Shown: one piece after another, positions 37,515 through 50,500 of the stretch | How the letters are laid out: every line of letters begins with the position of its first letter | Position numbering within the stretch: position 1 is the first letter of the stretch | Assembly: GCA_022813865.1 (NCBI GenBank) | Contig: JALDZX010000046.1 | Coordinates: forward strand, 1-64,000 | Reading direction: 5' to 3' | Origin: Xylographa opegraphella | Lineage: Eukaryota | DNA length: 64,000 nt | Program-made: the position numbers and the translations under genes | Notes under the pieces: model-generated | Databases searched by the model: none | What the model was told of the DNA's origin: nothing | Seen by the model: only the letters and a program-made list of their open reading frames with translations

Positions 37515-39183
37515 TCACAGCGGCGAATGTGGCACCACCGGAAAGCGCGTCCCACTCAGCCTAAGCCGGGACATCTCCCCGGGCGCGAACGGCAGCGGCG
37601 GCAGCGGCGGGTGGCGGGTGGTGAAAGCGGGCCGGGGCTTCGCGCTCTCGGATTTGGAGCGGCTGGGAGGCTGGTGCTTGGGCGGGTGGTCGGGCCGGCC
37701 GCCGCCTTCTTGCCAGTAGGAGTCGTACACGTCGGCGAGGACGTCGGACTGCGGCCTGGCGTGCACGACGCTGTGGACGATGGTGGGCGTGTGCGCCACG
37801 GAGCTGATGCGGACGTGGCCGTCGTGCGAGAAGGGGTTCGTCGGCGGTGGGGGGGGCGAGTAGGCCCGGGAGGGGAGGTAGGGGAGTGGTGGGAGGGCTT
37901 TCGCATCGGGCGAGCGCGCGGGAGGGTCGTTGTCGGACGCGTGTGCGGCTGCGCGGATCAGGGGTTTGGAGGAGAGATATGTTTTTGCGGAGGCGACGGA
38001 TGCTTTGCGCTGGTGGTGCTTGTCCTCCTCGTCGAGGCTGTCGCGCGCGCTGTACAGGGAGCTGGACGCGGACGAGCGCCGCGTGTCGTGGTGTTCCTTG
38101 ACTGGCGAGCTGGATATCGAGCGCGAGTCTTCCAAGGTCTTCTCGATTTCGTGGAAGATGGCGGCGCCCCAGTCGCCGACTGCGGAGAGGATGCGAGGTT
38201 TTTCTGCTGACACTGAGTAGGTATTAGCAATGGCCGGAGTTCAGTTCTGGAAGGAGGGGGGAGGAAAACTAACCAGAGCCACCTCGCCGTCGGCTCATGA
38301 CTGAGGCGGAGCCGACGGTACTTTTGCTTGATGAACGCTCGACTGTGTGGCCTCCGAAAAACGGCCGTTCGCCACGGTAGACGCGAGGCGGTGGAGGCAG
38401 TTCGACCTCGGGCGTGAGCGGTAACGAAGGTATCTTACGAGACTGTCGGCGAGAGTAAGAAGGCACTGGTTTCCGAGGTACAACCCCGGTTTGTGACTGA
38501 AAGTGGGAGTCTGCGTCTGAGGCTGAGAATAAGGACTTGAAGGACGCTCGGAAATCTCGAATCTGAAGATCGAGTTTTGGTGGTTCACTGGGTACTGAAC
38601 GAGGGAAATAGGCCGATGTAGGCGAACACGCAATCCCGATTTCAGTATTGGCCATCGAGGTGGCGGTCGATGGACGAGATATCAAGCTTTCCACTTCCCA
38701 TGCTCTCAGTCGTCCTCTCGCTTGTCCAGGAGTCGGTGCCTGCCTGGTGGCTTGAAACTGACCCCCATCGTCCGTTGTGATGGGATTCTGCCGAAGAGGC
38801 GAGTTCTTGTTGTCAAGCGGTAGTGATATCATACTACTGTTTGGGGTAGCACGAACAAGCTTCAACGATTTGCGACTTCCGATCAATGTCGATGAAAGGG
38901 AGCCCGACCGAGAATGGACTTTCGGGGGAATCTGCACCACAGAGCTTTGGGATTTCCTTCCAAATTCCGAATCCACTGCGTCAAGTTCGAAAATGACCAT
39001 CCCTCCTTGAGGCCGGATCTGTTGCTCGATTGTAATTCTACGGGGAGGGGCATCCTCCAGCCTGGACGATTCGCATGCTTTTCGTAGGCTTGAAGAACTG
39101 TCAGTTGAGTACCGCTGGTATTGTCCAGGCAGACTCACCTTCGCCTGCGCATATACAGCAGGAGTGCGCCAGTAGCTAAACAT
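37515..39183 (-). CDS. Hypothetical Ser/Pro/Arg-rich fungal protein (2 exons)
   Basis: A 304-aa ORF joined via a GTTAGT..GCTAAT..CAG intron (~38273-38215) to a 232-aa GC3-rich ORF; no domain recognised and the start is uncertain. Confidence 0.7.
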
Positions 39184-40419
39184 GCAACGAGCAGTATTGC
39201 AAGAATGAGTCTATCATCTATCGATCAGCAAAACTCTTCTCGAAAGGACCTTGGCTCTGCGCACCCATACACGGGAGCACCTGATAGTCCCATCGTGTTT
39301 GAGCGGATTCGTTCTGGCACTATGAATGCGGCATCACTATCCGTACCCAGCCAGAGCCTGATTCAGCGAGAATGCTCTTGACTGATAGATATTCAGGACG
39401 TGCCGGACGAGAATGAAATCGTCGCGATCTCCTAGGTGGATGCAGCTGGCGAAACGAAACGAAGCGGAACGAAACACTGGGATCTAGCGTTGGTGGAAAC
39501 AACAACTTCTCACAGAGCTATAGTTAGAACGAACCGATTCTCACAAATAGCATTAGCAGCAAAAGAGGCCAAGTAATGCAAGAAAGGAGCGGACGTGTCT
39601 TTCTGACACTGTAAGGAACGTGGTGGTTGATCCGCGAACGGCGACGAGCTGAGGAATGTGATGATAGACAACAGAGATAGGTCCCATATGATGGAAGCAC
39701 CACCGCGCACCAACCCACCTGTTCCCCGAGCTACGTCGCGGCATCTCATGCCATTCAAGGACAAGTCCATTATTGGCTATCAGCGCCTGCTTGATAGACT
39801 ATGCCCGTATTTGGTATCAGCCCGAGCAGCGTGGGCGCCGGTTATTCGCCATGGAGATTGCGCCGCGCGGGACCCATGGACGAGCTCATTCGCTGCTGAC
39901 AGCTTTCCACCAAAGAATGCGCAATTTGAATCGAGACCTGATAAGTTCGGCAAGACTCTGCTGACGATTAGACCTGGATGACGCTGGGTCTATTCACCTG
40001 TCGCCAGTGGTTTTTGCCGCAGACATGAAGAGAAGGGCTCATCGAATAATTGAAGTCGTCTCGAAAAGGGGGAATGATATTACTTGGCGGAGAGCTAATG
40101 CAACCTTATTTCCTATTGCTAACGCTACGGCTGCGTGGGGTATAGCGTCGATCCTAAAGTTCGCGGTGTCATTTACCCCGTAGGCGAGTTGGCCTGTAGG
40201 TGATGTTTTTGGGGTTGAGAACACGGGATGGAAACAAATAGAGGCGTGGATCGCTGTCATCCTGATGAGCGCAACATGGATATGTTCTTTATCCATCCAT
40301 ATAATCATGGAAGTGAGCACCACTGGTCCGTACACAGACAGCCTTGATCTTTGGAGAAAACCGAGCGGATACCATCGTGGCTATATATGATGTAATTGTG
40401 CCTGTGTATATCTGATCAT

Positions 40420-40531
40420 GGAAAGATGGCCGAGCGGTCTAAGGCGCGCGACTCAAGCTCCGAGTTTGGCTACTGCAAGTAGTTGTTTTCGCGTATCGAA
40501 AGATGCGCGGGTTCGAATCCCGCTCTTTTCA
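40420..40531 (+). tRNA. tRNA-Leu(CAA) with ~30-nt intron
   Basis: Acceptor stem GGAAAGA/TCTTTTC, A-box TGGCCGAGCGGTCTAAGGC, anticodon stem CGCGA/TCGCG with CAA at 40454-40456, intron 40458-40487, long variable arm, T-loop GGTTCGAATCC, downstream T runs. Confidence 0.95.
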
Positions 40532-40783
40532 TTTTACTCTTTTGTCGAAGTATCCTCAGTTGCTATTGTTTTGGCAGTACGGCGGTGACAGATACTTGGA
40601 GGAGAGCACTTACCAGGTCTGAGAAGGCCGTAAGAAGCGCAAGTTTGGACCTCCAGAAAAACTTGCTCTTTCGGCTCATGCTCCACAATTTCCATCTTTC
40701 AAAGAAAATAGGCAGTAAAGCGAATGGGTTTCTTTTTGATTAAATCTAGTATCAAGCTATTTTCTCACCCTCTCGGAGAGACG

Positions 40784-41739
40784 ATGTCGAGACCAAAACC
40801 ATCTCCCGCAAACGCGGAAATGGAGGCTGTCGAACCGCTGGCCAATATGTTCTCAAACCATCAGCTTACAAGCTACTAAACAGCCGCGAACAGGACGGCG
40901 AAGAAGCCCGCTGGACCAAACTCGTCAAGTTCGTCCTCCCCACCTCCTCCACCACCGCTTACTCCGCCCACTACACTCCGCTAACCCCTCCCTCCCAGAA
41001 TCACCTACCCCGACCTCACAGGCCGGCGCCGAACCTGAGCGTCCGCCGAATGCACCATCCGTCCCCTTTCCCCCCTCCACCGCCCTCCCCTCCTTCCCAA
41101 CAAGCAAGCCAAGCCCAAACGAATCGGCCAACCCCCCAAATCCAGTCCCGGCCCCCGGAATCGCAATCATCGACGGCGTCGACATCATCGCCACCCTGCA
41201 GAAGCCCAACTGGGCCAGAAACCCCGCTGCAGAAAACAGTCCCCCCCCCCCCCCGACGGGCGCGGTCCGTATCGAAATCCCCGCCTGCCTCCTCGACGAG
41301 GGCGAGACGCCGGAGTAGTGCGCCGTGCGCGTAATCAGGGAGGAGACGGTGCTACGTGGGCGTTGCGCGGCGGGTGGAGCGCCCGGAGGGGAGGAAGGAT
41401 AGAGGTTAATGTTTAACGGTACGTCGCTCGCTCGATGGCGATGCATAGGGCAGAGCGAGGGCGGCTGATGGGCCCTACCTACCGGTGAGGCAGATCCTGG
41501 GTTTAGGAATATGAATCTGTATATGGTGCATGTGGCGAGTGAGGCTTCGCGGCCGGAGAATCGGCTGGAGAAGTTGGGGCCGAAGTTGGAGGGGAATGGG
41601 TTTGTTGATGTGTTTGCGGTGCCGTTAGGGGATTTGTGGGCGGAGTGTGGAAGGTTGGAGGGGGAGGGGTTTTGCTATTGATGCGAGGGTGGGGACGATG
41701 GCGGAGGGGATTGAGCTGGTGAGGAGATGGGGATTCTAA
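40784..41739 (+). pseudogene. YSA1: ADP-ribose pyrophosphatase (Ysa1/NUDT5-like Nudix hydrolase) pseudogene with introns retained
   Basis: ARWTKLVK|ITYPDLTGRRRT*ASAECTIRP...IDGVDIIATLQKP/TGPE..LQK/..PP...IEIPACLLDEGETPE*CAVRVIREET/YVG...MFN|DPGF.NMNLYMVHV...EGEG/AIDARVGTMAEGIEL. Stops at 41036-41038 and 41316-41318, several frameshifts and a degenerate Nudix box. The 5' end is approximate. Confidence 0.88.
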
Positions 41740-42011
41740 GGGGAAGGGTATTATGCGGTGGAGCGGGGAGCTCGTGAGAAAGTGTACTGTGGCATGGCTA
41801 TAGTCGATGAATTAATGAATTAAGAATCCGCCCGAGTGCTACGTGTCATCAGTCAATGTGCTTGAAAGATATTAGGTATTATTGGTCGTGAAGCAGTAGT
41901 CTAATAACTCCCGCTGGACGCTCTCATCTAATGCTGTCGGCCCGTTCGCGCGCCATATCGACAAGGGCATCTGACGCCCCGTGAATGCTATGTACAGTAA
42001 ATGCCGGCCAA

Positions 42012-43532
42012 TCAACTCCTCAGCTCACTAGCAATGAAAGGGAAAATAACGACGCAGGCCTTGTAGAAAATCAACACGCTTTCCAAAAGCGTCATGGGTA
42101 GTCTCCATAAAGGTGCCTCGGAGCAGGTGAGCCATATCGAGAGAAGCGCGACGGAGAAGAAGTGGTAGAAGAGGACGAAGGGACGACGGATGATGCCAGC
42201 AAGAAGACCGACAGGACCATCGACGCAGGACCCGCCGAGTTGAAAGTATCGGAAGCAGCCGAGTTGGAGGGCGCGGAGCTGAGGATCTGCAAGCGGTCAG
42301 TAAGGAAACTTGATCGATAGCCGGGAAGACGTATGGTACACACCATTGGCAGCAAACAAAGAATAGAGCGCCTGCGCGAGAACGTTTATGACAGATGTCA
42401 AATTCTTCCGTCTCCAGTGGAAGGTTTTCATCTGCTTGATAACGAGCTTCGTGTTTCCGAGATCGGGCACAGCTTCGGGGCTGAGAAGCTCTCTCAACAG
42501 CACAACGTCGTTCAGTGCAACAGTCATGCCGCCTCCAGTCAACGGATGTCGCATATTCATAGCGTCTCCAAGTAGAACCAAACCGGGTACTCTGTTTATG
42601 CTCGGCGGCAGAAACGAGTTTGGCATACTTCGCAGCTTTCCTTCATCAAGTGCAATTTCGAAAGAACTTTGGACTGACTTCGGCAGACTCGGGAGGACGG
42701 TATTACGTAGATGGCCCTTAATACCTCCGTGTGCTGTGCTCGCACTTGCCAATCCTTCCGGTACGTCTATCAATGCCCGAGTTTCATGAGTGCCAATTTG
42801 ATATAGCAGTACAGGTGCGCCATCGCCGAGCACAACATGACCGTGTCCTGGCTTCGGAAGGTCGGCATCTATCAGCTCCAAGCCCCAGAACTTGCTCTTG
42901 CTGACTGGTTGTTGTGATATGTACTCCTTCCGGAACTTGCTCGCGTAACCGTCTGCGATAATGGTCAAGGTACCGAAGTAGAAGTCGCTTTCCCCGCGAG
43001 TCGTACTCTCTACCCCGAGAACTTGACCTGTCCAGCTGCTCGTGACTGTATTCGTGACGGTTGACTCCACCACAGTAATATTTGGCTCTTTCATTGCCAC
43101 CTCGCGAAGTCGTCTGATGAAGCGCCCGTGGTGGAAACTGCGCCCTTCTGGTCTCCTGCCATCTTCCACGGCGTTCTTAGGGTATGGTATTTCCACTTCT
43201 TGCCCATAGTATATCACATCGTATCCCTTCACTACAATCGCATCGATCTCTTCCAGGCATTCTCGTAAACCCAGCTTCTCCAGGGCTTCTACGCCACCGG
43301 GTTGAAGCAGTTCACCCACGATTCGGTCTGGTTCTTTGAGCGACTTCTCAAGGAGGATGACAGAGCGCGATTGGCGTGCCAGGGTTATGGCAATGGCAGT
43401 GCCAAGTATTCCGGCTCCGACGACGACTACATCTGCGGTGTGATGTTCTTTGCGGCGTAGAGCCACTTCGGAACAGTGTTCGGAGACGGACGCAGGTGGA
43501 GATGGTGGCGGAGTGTCAAGAATGAGGGGCAT
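42012..43532 (-). CDS. ERG1: Squalene epoxidase (2 exons)
   Basis: DVVVVGAGILG, EPDRIVGELLQPGG, GRSFHHGRFI, ADGYASKFR, LGDAMNMRHPLTGGGMTVA, AQALYSLFAAN|DPQLRALQLGCFRYF, hydrophobic C-terminus. Confidence 0.97.
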
Positions 43533-43844
43533 TGGAGATATCGCGCGACAGAGGGTTAATGTTGGAGATGTTTTCAATCAAGAGAGCTGCAGCTTCTACG
43601 GTTCAATGGCAAATAGAGAACTCGAATGTGCATCCGCAATTATTGATTTGCGCTCATTGGGACTTTATTAGTTCATTCGTCATAGAAGACCCCTGCCATT
43701 TCACTCCCTGTTTAGCGGCAACATGCGCCCGGGGGTTCGTGGGCTAGAAAGGTATTTTAGGGGGTGGACAATCTCATGATTTGGGCACGATATTCATGTA
43801 AATTATTCTCTTGTCTGCTCATCCGGTTGCGATCGAGTGTAATC

Positions 43845-43887
43845 ATTGATTTATTGATTGATTGACTGATTGACTGATTGACTGATT
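43845..43887 (+). repeat. (GATT/GACT)n microsatellite
   Basis: attgatttattgattgattgactgattgactgattgactgatt. Confidence 0.7.
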
Positions 43888-44788
43888 CCGACTTCTCTAG
43901 ACCTGGAAAGGCTGTGTAGATACTTCAGGACGGTCACCATCTTTGGCTGATTCATAGCTGGAAGTAGGATATCTGGTTCCTGCTTGCCTTCTCCTCGCTG
44001 TTACATCGTCAATCACTACGGAGTACTAATTGGATGTTGGATTTAAATGGAAAGATCTAGTCATTTTCTCAGACCTTTCGAGCCGATCACGAGAGAACGA
44101 AAGAGTTCTTCCCATGTTAGTGCTGGAGAATTCTTTGTAGTCAACCATGCGCATTCCAAGCGGTGAAGCAAAAGGGGACATCTGAGTCGGAACAGCTGCC
44201 ATATGTCTGTGACCACAGCAAAGAAACTATAACGGAAGCAATGCAGGATGAGGCAAGGCTGAAGGGGAAGAATCTGTGTCTGATTCTTGTCATAGGACAT
44301 CTCCTTACCTACATCATTCGGGCGATGTATCTTTACGCCACTGCAGTAAGCACACCGTGGGGCTCAAGTTTCTATCTTGTGTCTTGAAGTGCCAAACTCC
44401 ACAGCCGACTTCTTCGCTTATAGTCCCTCTCTATCTTAGTGATTGCAACGGTACAGCACCTAAGAGCTCAATCTTCGATTAATGATCATTTGCGCCTCAT
44501 TGTCCAGGCTCAACTCCGTAAATCCAACTCTAAGGGATGAGGCAGGAAGGATAGCTACCTAGGAGAGAATACTGCGAAACAAAAGATTGTAGATAGATAG
44601 AGCAAGAAACAGCCCTTGCGTCAGATTAAAACGCGATATATCTATCGCCGGCCAAACAATGACGACGCCGCTTGTTCCCGGACTATCTTCGGCTTTAACT
44701 TCAATGTCGTCCCATTCGTAGAGCTGATATAGAACGACTGCAACAGAAGGCTTCTGTATGTCCACTCACTGCTTGTATCAAAGTGAAC

Positions 44789-47532
44789 ATGACGACATTG
44801 ACAGCCACGGTGGCTGTATTGCCAGGCCACTGCCCTCATAAACTACCGACCTCATGTCGTCTAACGGCTCTGCCAACGTGCTGTGCATGTCAAGACATGC
44901 GGGCTCACTCGTCGTCGTACTCAAAGTATATCGATGGTGTCGGCTTTGTTTTGCGGGGGACTAGACAAGAGCGTTATTGCTGGCATTGCAAAGGTGCAGT
45001 TTACCATGGATGGTGTCGGATGGACTTGTAGCGCTGATAGTGCAGTCGTAGAGTTCTGGGACGCTCGTGTAGCAGCGTCCGGGCTTGCACAGTCAGACAC
45101 CCGGATTCCTTTGGTGCCAGATCAGTCCAGATTCTTGGAGAAGTGGTTCGACTGGCATCGAGGGTATCGGATCATCAAGCACGAAGATGGAAGGGAGGAC
45201 CGCCAAGCGCTCGTAGGAGAGAGTCTTGCAGATGTTGCACCCGGTTATCTCCCACGCACCTTGGATGAACTCCGTGCGGGCGTAGGGCATGAAAACTTGA
45301 GGGATGAGCTTTCTGGGGAAGGAGGCGTCCATCCACTAGTACCGAGCTTGGTGACAACCGAGGAGCTTGATATAGATCTGGAAGACAGAATTTTTGACGT
45401 CGCATCAACACCAAATATCACTGATCAGCCTATCTCATCTTCTATAACACTCGAATCAGCATCATCTACTACTGCTATTTATTCACCACCATCACCACCA
45501 TCACCTCCATTATCTGCTTCACAACTTCCATCAACCATCCAGAACCTGACGACAGAGGATGACGAGCGACCATTTCCGATACCAGATCAGTTCCGTCGAG
45601 TAGCTGCCCTCCGTCGCGAGGTTCAACTTCTACGAGCAGGTATTGAACGGGTGATGTCAGGTTTGCAAGACCTCGGGGAAACCGTACCTGACTCTGAAGA
45701 CGCGTTGCAACATACCACCAATCTGACCACTCGTCTTGGCAATATCGAAGCCTATCTCCACAGCCCAGGCTATACCGCTATCGAAGGTATGGACTTTCAG
45801 CGTACCATCGATCAGCCTCCAACAGATGGGTCCAATACCCATCGTACATCCGTACACCCCACGCCTCAGCCACAGGAAATGCTGCAGGTACCATTTCCTC
45901 TGCCAAACGATCGCGCGATTACTCCGGCTCAGACTACTAGACGTATCAATAGACAAGCTCTCAGCCGGTCGTTAGTAACCCCACGTGGGAACTCTCGAGC
46001 ATTAACTGGAACACAGCCTATCAATACCCCTCCAGTGGATCCACAGCTGGCTCTGGCTCGGAGCCGCGTTGATACCGCGAGAGTTACAGAGCAGGTTTAT
46101 CGGCAGCAGCTTGCCAGTGCTGCTGAGAGCCATGGTGAAGCAACAGCCCGCTTGGCAGCCGCCAGAACACGCCTTCAAGAATGCCAACGTGCACTGAACA
46201 GGCTGGAGAGGCACGAACGATCATCTGCATCAATCTTCGGTAGTAGGGAGGAGATTGAGCGACAAGGCAATGATTACGAGAGTCCCGTGGCCGGCTTGTT
46301 TCATACCTATCACAGTCGTTATCAAGTTGCAGAAGAACAACGTCGTCAGGAGAGGATGTTGCCCGAAATTCTTGCGGCAGAAGACCGACTTGTGGAGTCT
46401 ACTGAGGATGCTTTTGGGTTGTTAGCGGATGAAAATGTTCGTACAGTTGACGAGGTTCGTCAGGAGCTTGCACAGGGGGTCACTCGGCCACGCTCTACAG
46501 AAAGGCAAGGCATTTGGAACCGTCTTCTTCTTAATCCTTCGCAATATAGGGCGCGACGCACCCAGCGACATATGCCAAGGTCGTCGTGGACGGCAAACCC
46601 TTCCGCTAATTTGTATCAGACTACTCACGATATCGACGTCGAATCAATGCTGGAGACAAACGAAGCATCGTTGTCGGCTAGATCTGCCGCAGAAGCAGAT
46701 TATCTGGCTAGGTTAGAAGCCGCCATGCTTCCTACACCAGAACATCAATTCGGACAACGGCGTGCACTGTCCCGAACTGCTGAGGATGGAAGAGGCCCAG
46801 GACGAGATACTGAGATCCAGGATCTTTATCGTCATATGGTCGCTAGTGACAGACCACTCTTGATACAGCCTTCAACGCCTACGCTCGACAGAATTGGTCA
46901 TCCACCACCGCCTGTTGCTTCGAGGTACTCCAACATTGACCAAATGGCTCAAGATAGAGCACGTGGTCTCTACCATGGCCAAAATGCAACGTTGGCAAAC
47001 CTCAGGCGACTCATAGCATCGGACGATGCAGTGCGTGCCAGTCGAGAGCAGGTACCTAATGCAGAACCCAAGAGCTTGGATAAGGATGACGGGAGACCGG
47101 AACCCATCACCGACGAGAACGATTTCTTGGTCAAGATGGAGTGCAAGGTTTGTTATTCGCAAGTCGCCACCGTTGCTGTTCTACCATGTGGTAAGTTTGA
47201 TAGCTGAAATTTGGCTTCCATGAGCACATTACTGTCAACACAGATATGTATTTCTATTGATGATACTGATTCCCAAATAGGTCATTGTGTCATGTGCAAA
47301 TGGTGCGCCAACGAAGCCATCCCCTCGCACAAGGTGGATCAAACCGTGCCCCAGCACCGGAGTGCATGCCCCGTCTGCCGCAAGAGGGTGAAGAACAAGG
47401 TGAGCCTCCGCCCTCGAGTGGCTGATCTGATCGTCTAGCCACACTGACCCTACGCAACAGGCCACGATATATGGCGGAGAACACAAAGAGCCGAAACCTA
47501 AACCCGACGACGTCCCGGAAACGACGGGCTGA
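44789..47532 (+). CDS. C-terminal C3HC4 RING finger protein (putative E3 ligase) with Cys-rich N-terminus, 4 exons
   Basis: N-terminus CPH...PTCCACQD...RYCWHCK|EFWDAR, coiled-coil middle, C-terminal CKVCYSQVATVAVLPCG|HCVMCKWC...CPVCRKRV; three GT-AG introns placed in frame. Confidence 0.88.
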
Positions 47533-50500
47533 CTTCCCTTTGACTGTTGAATAACCCCTTTTACGAGCTTCGACGACCGCCCAGTCCGGATGTGGTGGTA
47601 TAGATCAGGATGGCGACCACGAAGGCGTGGCACGCATAGTTTACGACTTTATGTTTCAGATTGCGTGGCTTTTTGCATAAGGATGCGCCTCAGTGCACAG
47701 GGGCCTCTCATCTCGGTTTCTCCATGTGCTCAAGGATAGATAGATGGTTACTGCTCGGGCAGCTTGCTTAGAAGAATATCCCCTCCTATAGGGCTCGATG
47801 CTACATGGCTTGTTGCACTTGTGCCTGAGTTGTCCGTGTGCTTGGGAGAATCATATTCGTGAACACACCACCTATTGATTACTTGCCTACGGAGGAGTAT
47901 TCGTGTGTGGACGACTCCTCTACCCTGATCACACCCTCCCCCGGTAGCCCATCACGTCCTCCTGCTCATCACCACACCACCATGAACCTTAACCGGAACC
48001 TCGCCGGTCCTAATCTCCCACCGAACCCCATCCCTCCGTGCTATAGCTCTCCCCTCCCCGACAAAACGACACACACCCCTCCCCCCTCCCTAGCAGCCAC
48101 AAAACTCCACCTCGCCTCGCCTCGCCACACCCGTCCTCACCAGAACAAAGCTATTTGCCGTCGAAGGGTATTTTCACATTTTATATCGGCGCCTGTATCC
48201 ATCCATACCTTGGAGCCGCACGTCACCAGGCCCTTCTCTCCGAGCCATCTAAGACGGATGTTCGATTGCGGAGCCTAGCTCGCTGGCTGCGTCCCTGTCT
48301 GCGACGCTGGGTTCGAGGCTTTGAGGGTGGATGTGGAGGACTCGCCGGGGGGGGGATATGTAGCGTGTGGCGGGGCGGCGGGGCGGTGGGGTGGTGGGGA
48401 GGAAGGACGAAGGAGGAAGGGGGAAAGAGCAGGTGCGTGGGTTGGCGGGAAACGAGGCGGGATGGGAGACTTCTCGGAGGGAGATGGCGGCGGTGGAGGT
48501 CGTTGGGTATATGATCGAGGGCGAGGGCGCTGGAGCTTGGGAGAGGGTGAATTTGGGGTATTATGCGCGTCCTTGGAGGGGTGAATCAAGACGCGTGGTC
48601 GGAAGATGGGGGGGTTGTGCGTCGTGAGGGGATGCTCCCTGCTGGAAAAGCAGGTGGGGGGTGGATGTGTGCATGGATGGGAGGACCTGGGAAGCGATCA
48701 GGAAGCGGCGGGCTTGGGTTTTGTTGCGCTGTGGGGGTCGAAGGGGGTTTCGTGGTTTCGGACTTGCTTTGCAGTGTCTGGGAGTGTCAGATTTTTTCAC
48801 GTCATTCTGGTACGGAGTACTGGGTGGGGCATTGAAATGCAAAGAAAGTCGCAGCGGAGCAGAACGCAGGTAAAACGTAGAAGCGTGAGATGGTTTGGTA
48901 GTTGGAATTTTGGAAGTTCTGGCAGAATGGAATTGTATGCTAGACTATTATTGAGAATGAGATGAGCTGTTTCCGTGAGGGAAAAGATATCAAGGGAGAA
49001 GCAGCTCGTTGTGTTGGAAAGCATGGTAGGATCATCAGATCTAGAGACTCAGCCACGCAGGAAACAAGGAGCAGCAGGATGAAGCAAGTCGGCTGGACAG
49101 TTTGAAGCCTTCCTCCTCCCACAGCTCGTTCTCAACGGGCCATCACCCTGGGCATGGTGCCAGCAAGGAACATCGGAGCCCATATCAGGCTCCACCGCAG
49201 TCTAGCGAAAGATCCAAGTCTAACTTCCGCGGCCCGAGGAATCCGCCTCGCAGAACCCTTGCTTCCCCCCGCTTCAATTCTCACCGTCTGTCTCCAAAAA
49301 GACCAGTAAGCTTCCCGATCAAGGCTCCTACCTTTACGAGTGGATGCTTCACGCACACCGAACCCTGCATATGGCTCCCGTGAAACCCTTTAGTGCTTTC
49401 TCACCGTAACATCGAAGATATCCACACTTCTGCCTGCTGTATCCACCAGGCCCGGGCACTGATCTAGAAAGGGAAGCGACGTGTCGGACAACGAGGCCTT
49501 GCAGAACCTACTCAAGAGTGGAGACCGGTCCGCACGGTTAGCTGGTTTGCGAACCACCTCCCCCACTGCTTGGGAGCTAGACCGATGCTCACATACCAAG
49601 CCGCGCATCGGATAGAAGCAGCAGAACGGACATAACGTAGGGCATGTGCAGCTTACAGCGAGACAGGTGACTCACAAAGGGGGAGAGACTTGCCGGTACG
49701 AGAGGCTGGACAGGAGTCAGCCAGCAGGCGAATGGCATAGATGCCCAGAGACATGCTAGCAGTGTAGTGTGGTAAGTTTCAAACGGGCTGTCAGGATTAG
49801 AAGGCTTATCATGACCTGTTCTCCGTAAAATGTGGTTGGGGTATAGTTAGCTCAAAGGAGAATGGAGTCCCCCGCCTCCTTATACAGGGAATGCAGGGCG
49901 GCCTTTTCCTGTAGCACATTGATGACCATGTAAAGCAGTGGGGAAATACGAGCTTTAATGAAGTACTCGGATGATGGATCAGCATGAGTGCATATATGGA
50001 AATAAAATGATTACTGAAGACCTGATTAATAAGAATGATGTTTGAAAAGCCGAATGCATGTAAGCGAAACTGACATTCCCGGCGTCTCGGCTGCTGCTCA
50101 GCCGGGTTCCGCTCCGAGATTGATCCGGATTCGGTACGCGTGGCCAATCATAGAGAGCTTGACACCTCCATACGAACCATTTCACCAGGCAGGAAGTTGT
50201 GCCACCATGCCGAGACGAGTGCTTCATCAATCTATAGATGATACGTTTGGAAATATGGATCTGTCTACGCGAAACATATTGTCTGCCGAAATCCCGCTCG
50301 AATACTCCACAGCGATGAACCCATTTGTGGGACACATCTGAGGCCTCGGGTGCTCGATGCCTCAACCACACCATGTGCCATAATTCGTCATTGGCCAGTG
50401 GCAAGCTCCAGGGACGGGGGGGAACCAAGATAATCGCAACAGAAGCAACGACATGATTCGATGCAAAATCGGGGTTTTTCTTTTTTTCAGCTCGAATGGA

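Noticed and set aside
37527..38230. 227-aa plus-strand ORF and other overlapping ORFs
   Set aside because: Antisense to a spliced minus-strand gene; GC-driven.
40925..41446. 173-aa minus-strand ORF
   Set aside because: Antisense shadow of the YSA1-like pseudogene.
42340..42390. Terbinafine-resistance substitutions in ERG1
   Set aside because: The AQALYSLFAA segment keeps the wild-type Leu and Phe.
30534..43532. HEM15, peptidase and ERG1 as a metabolic or biosynthetic gene cluster
   Set aside because: No backbone enzyme, transporter or cluster regulator; interspersed with unrelated genes.
22346..43887. AATC tract at 22346 and inverted GATT tract at 43845 as termini of a 21-kb element or as LINE tails
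   Set aside because: Simple microsatellites with no convincing flanking identity, TSD or reverse-transcriptase remnant; the enclosed genes are core housekeeping.
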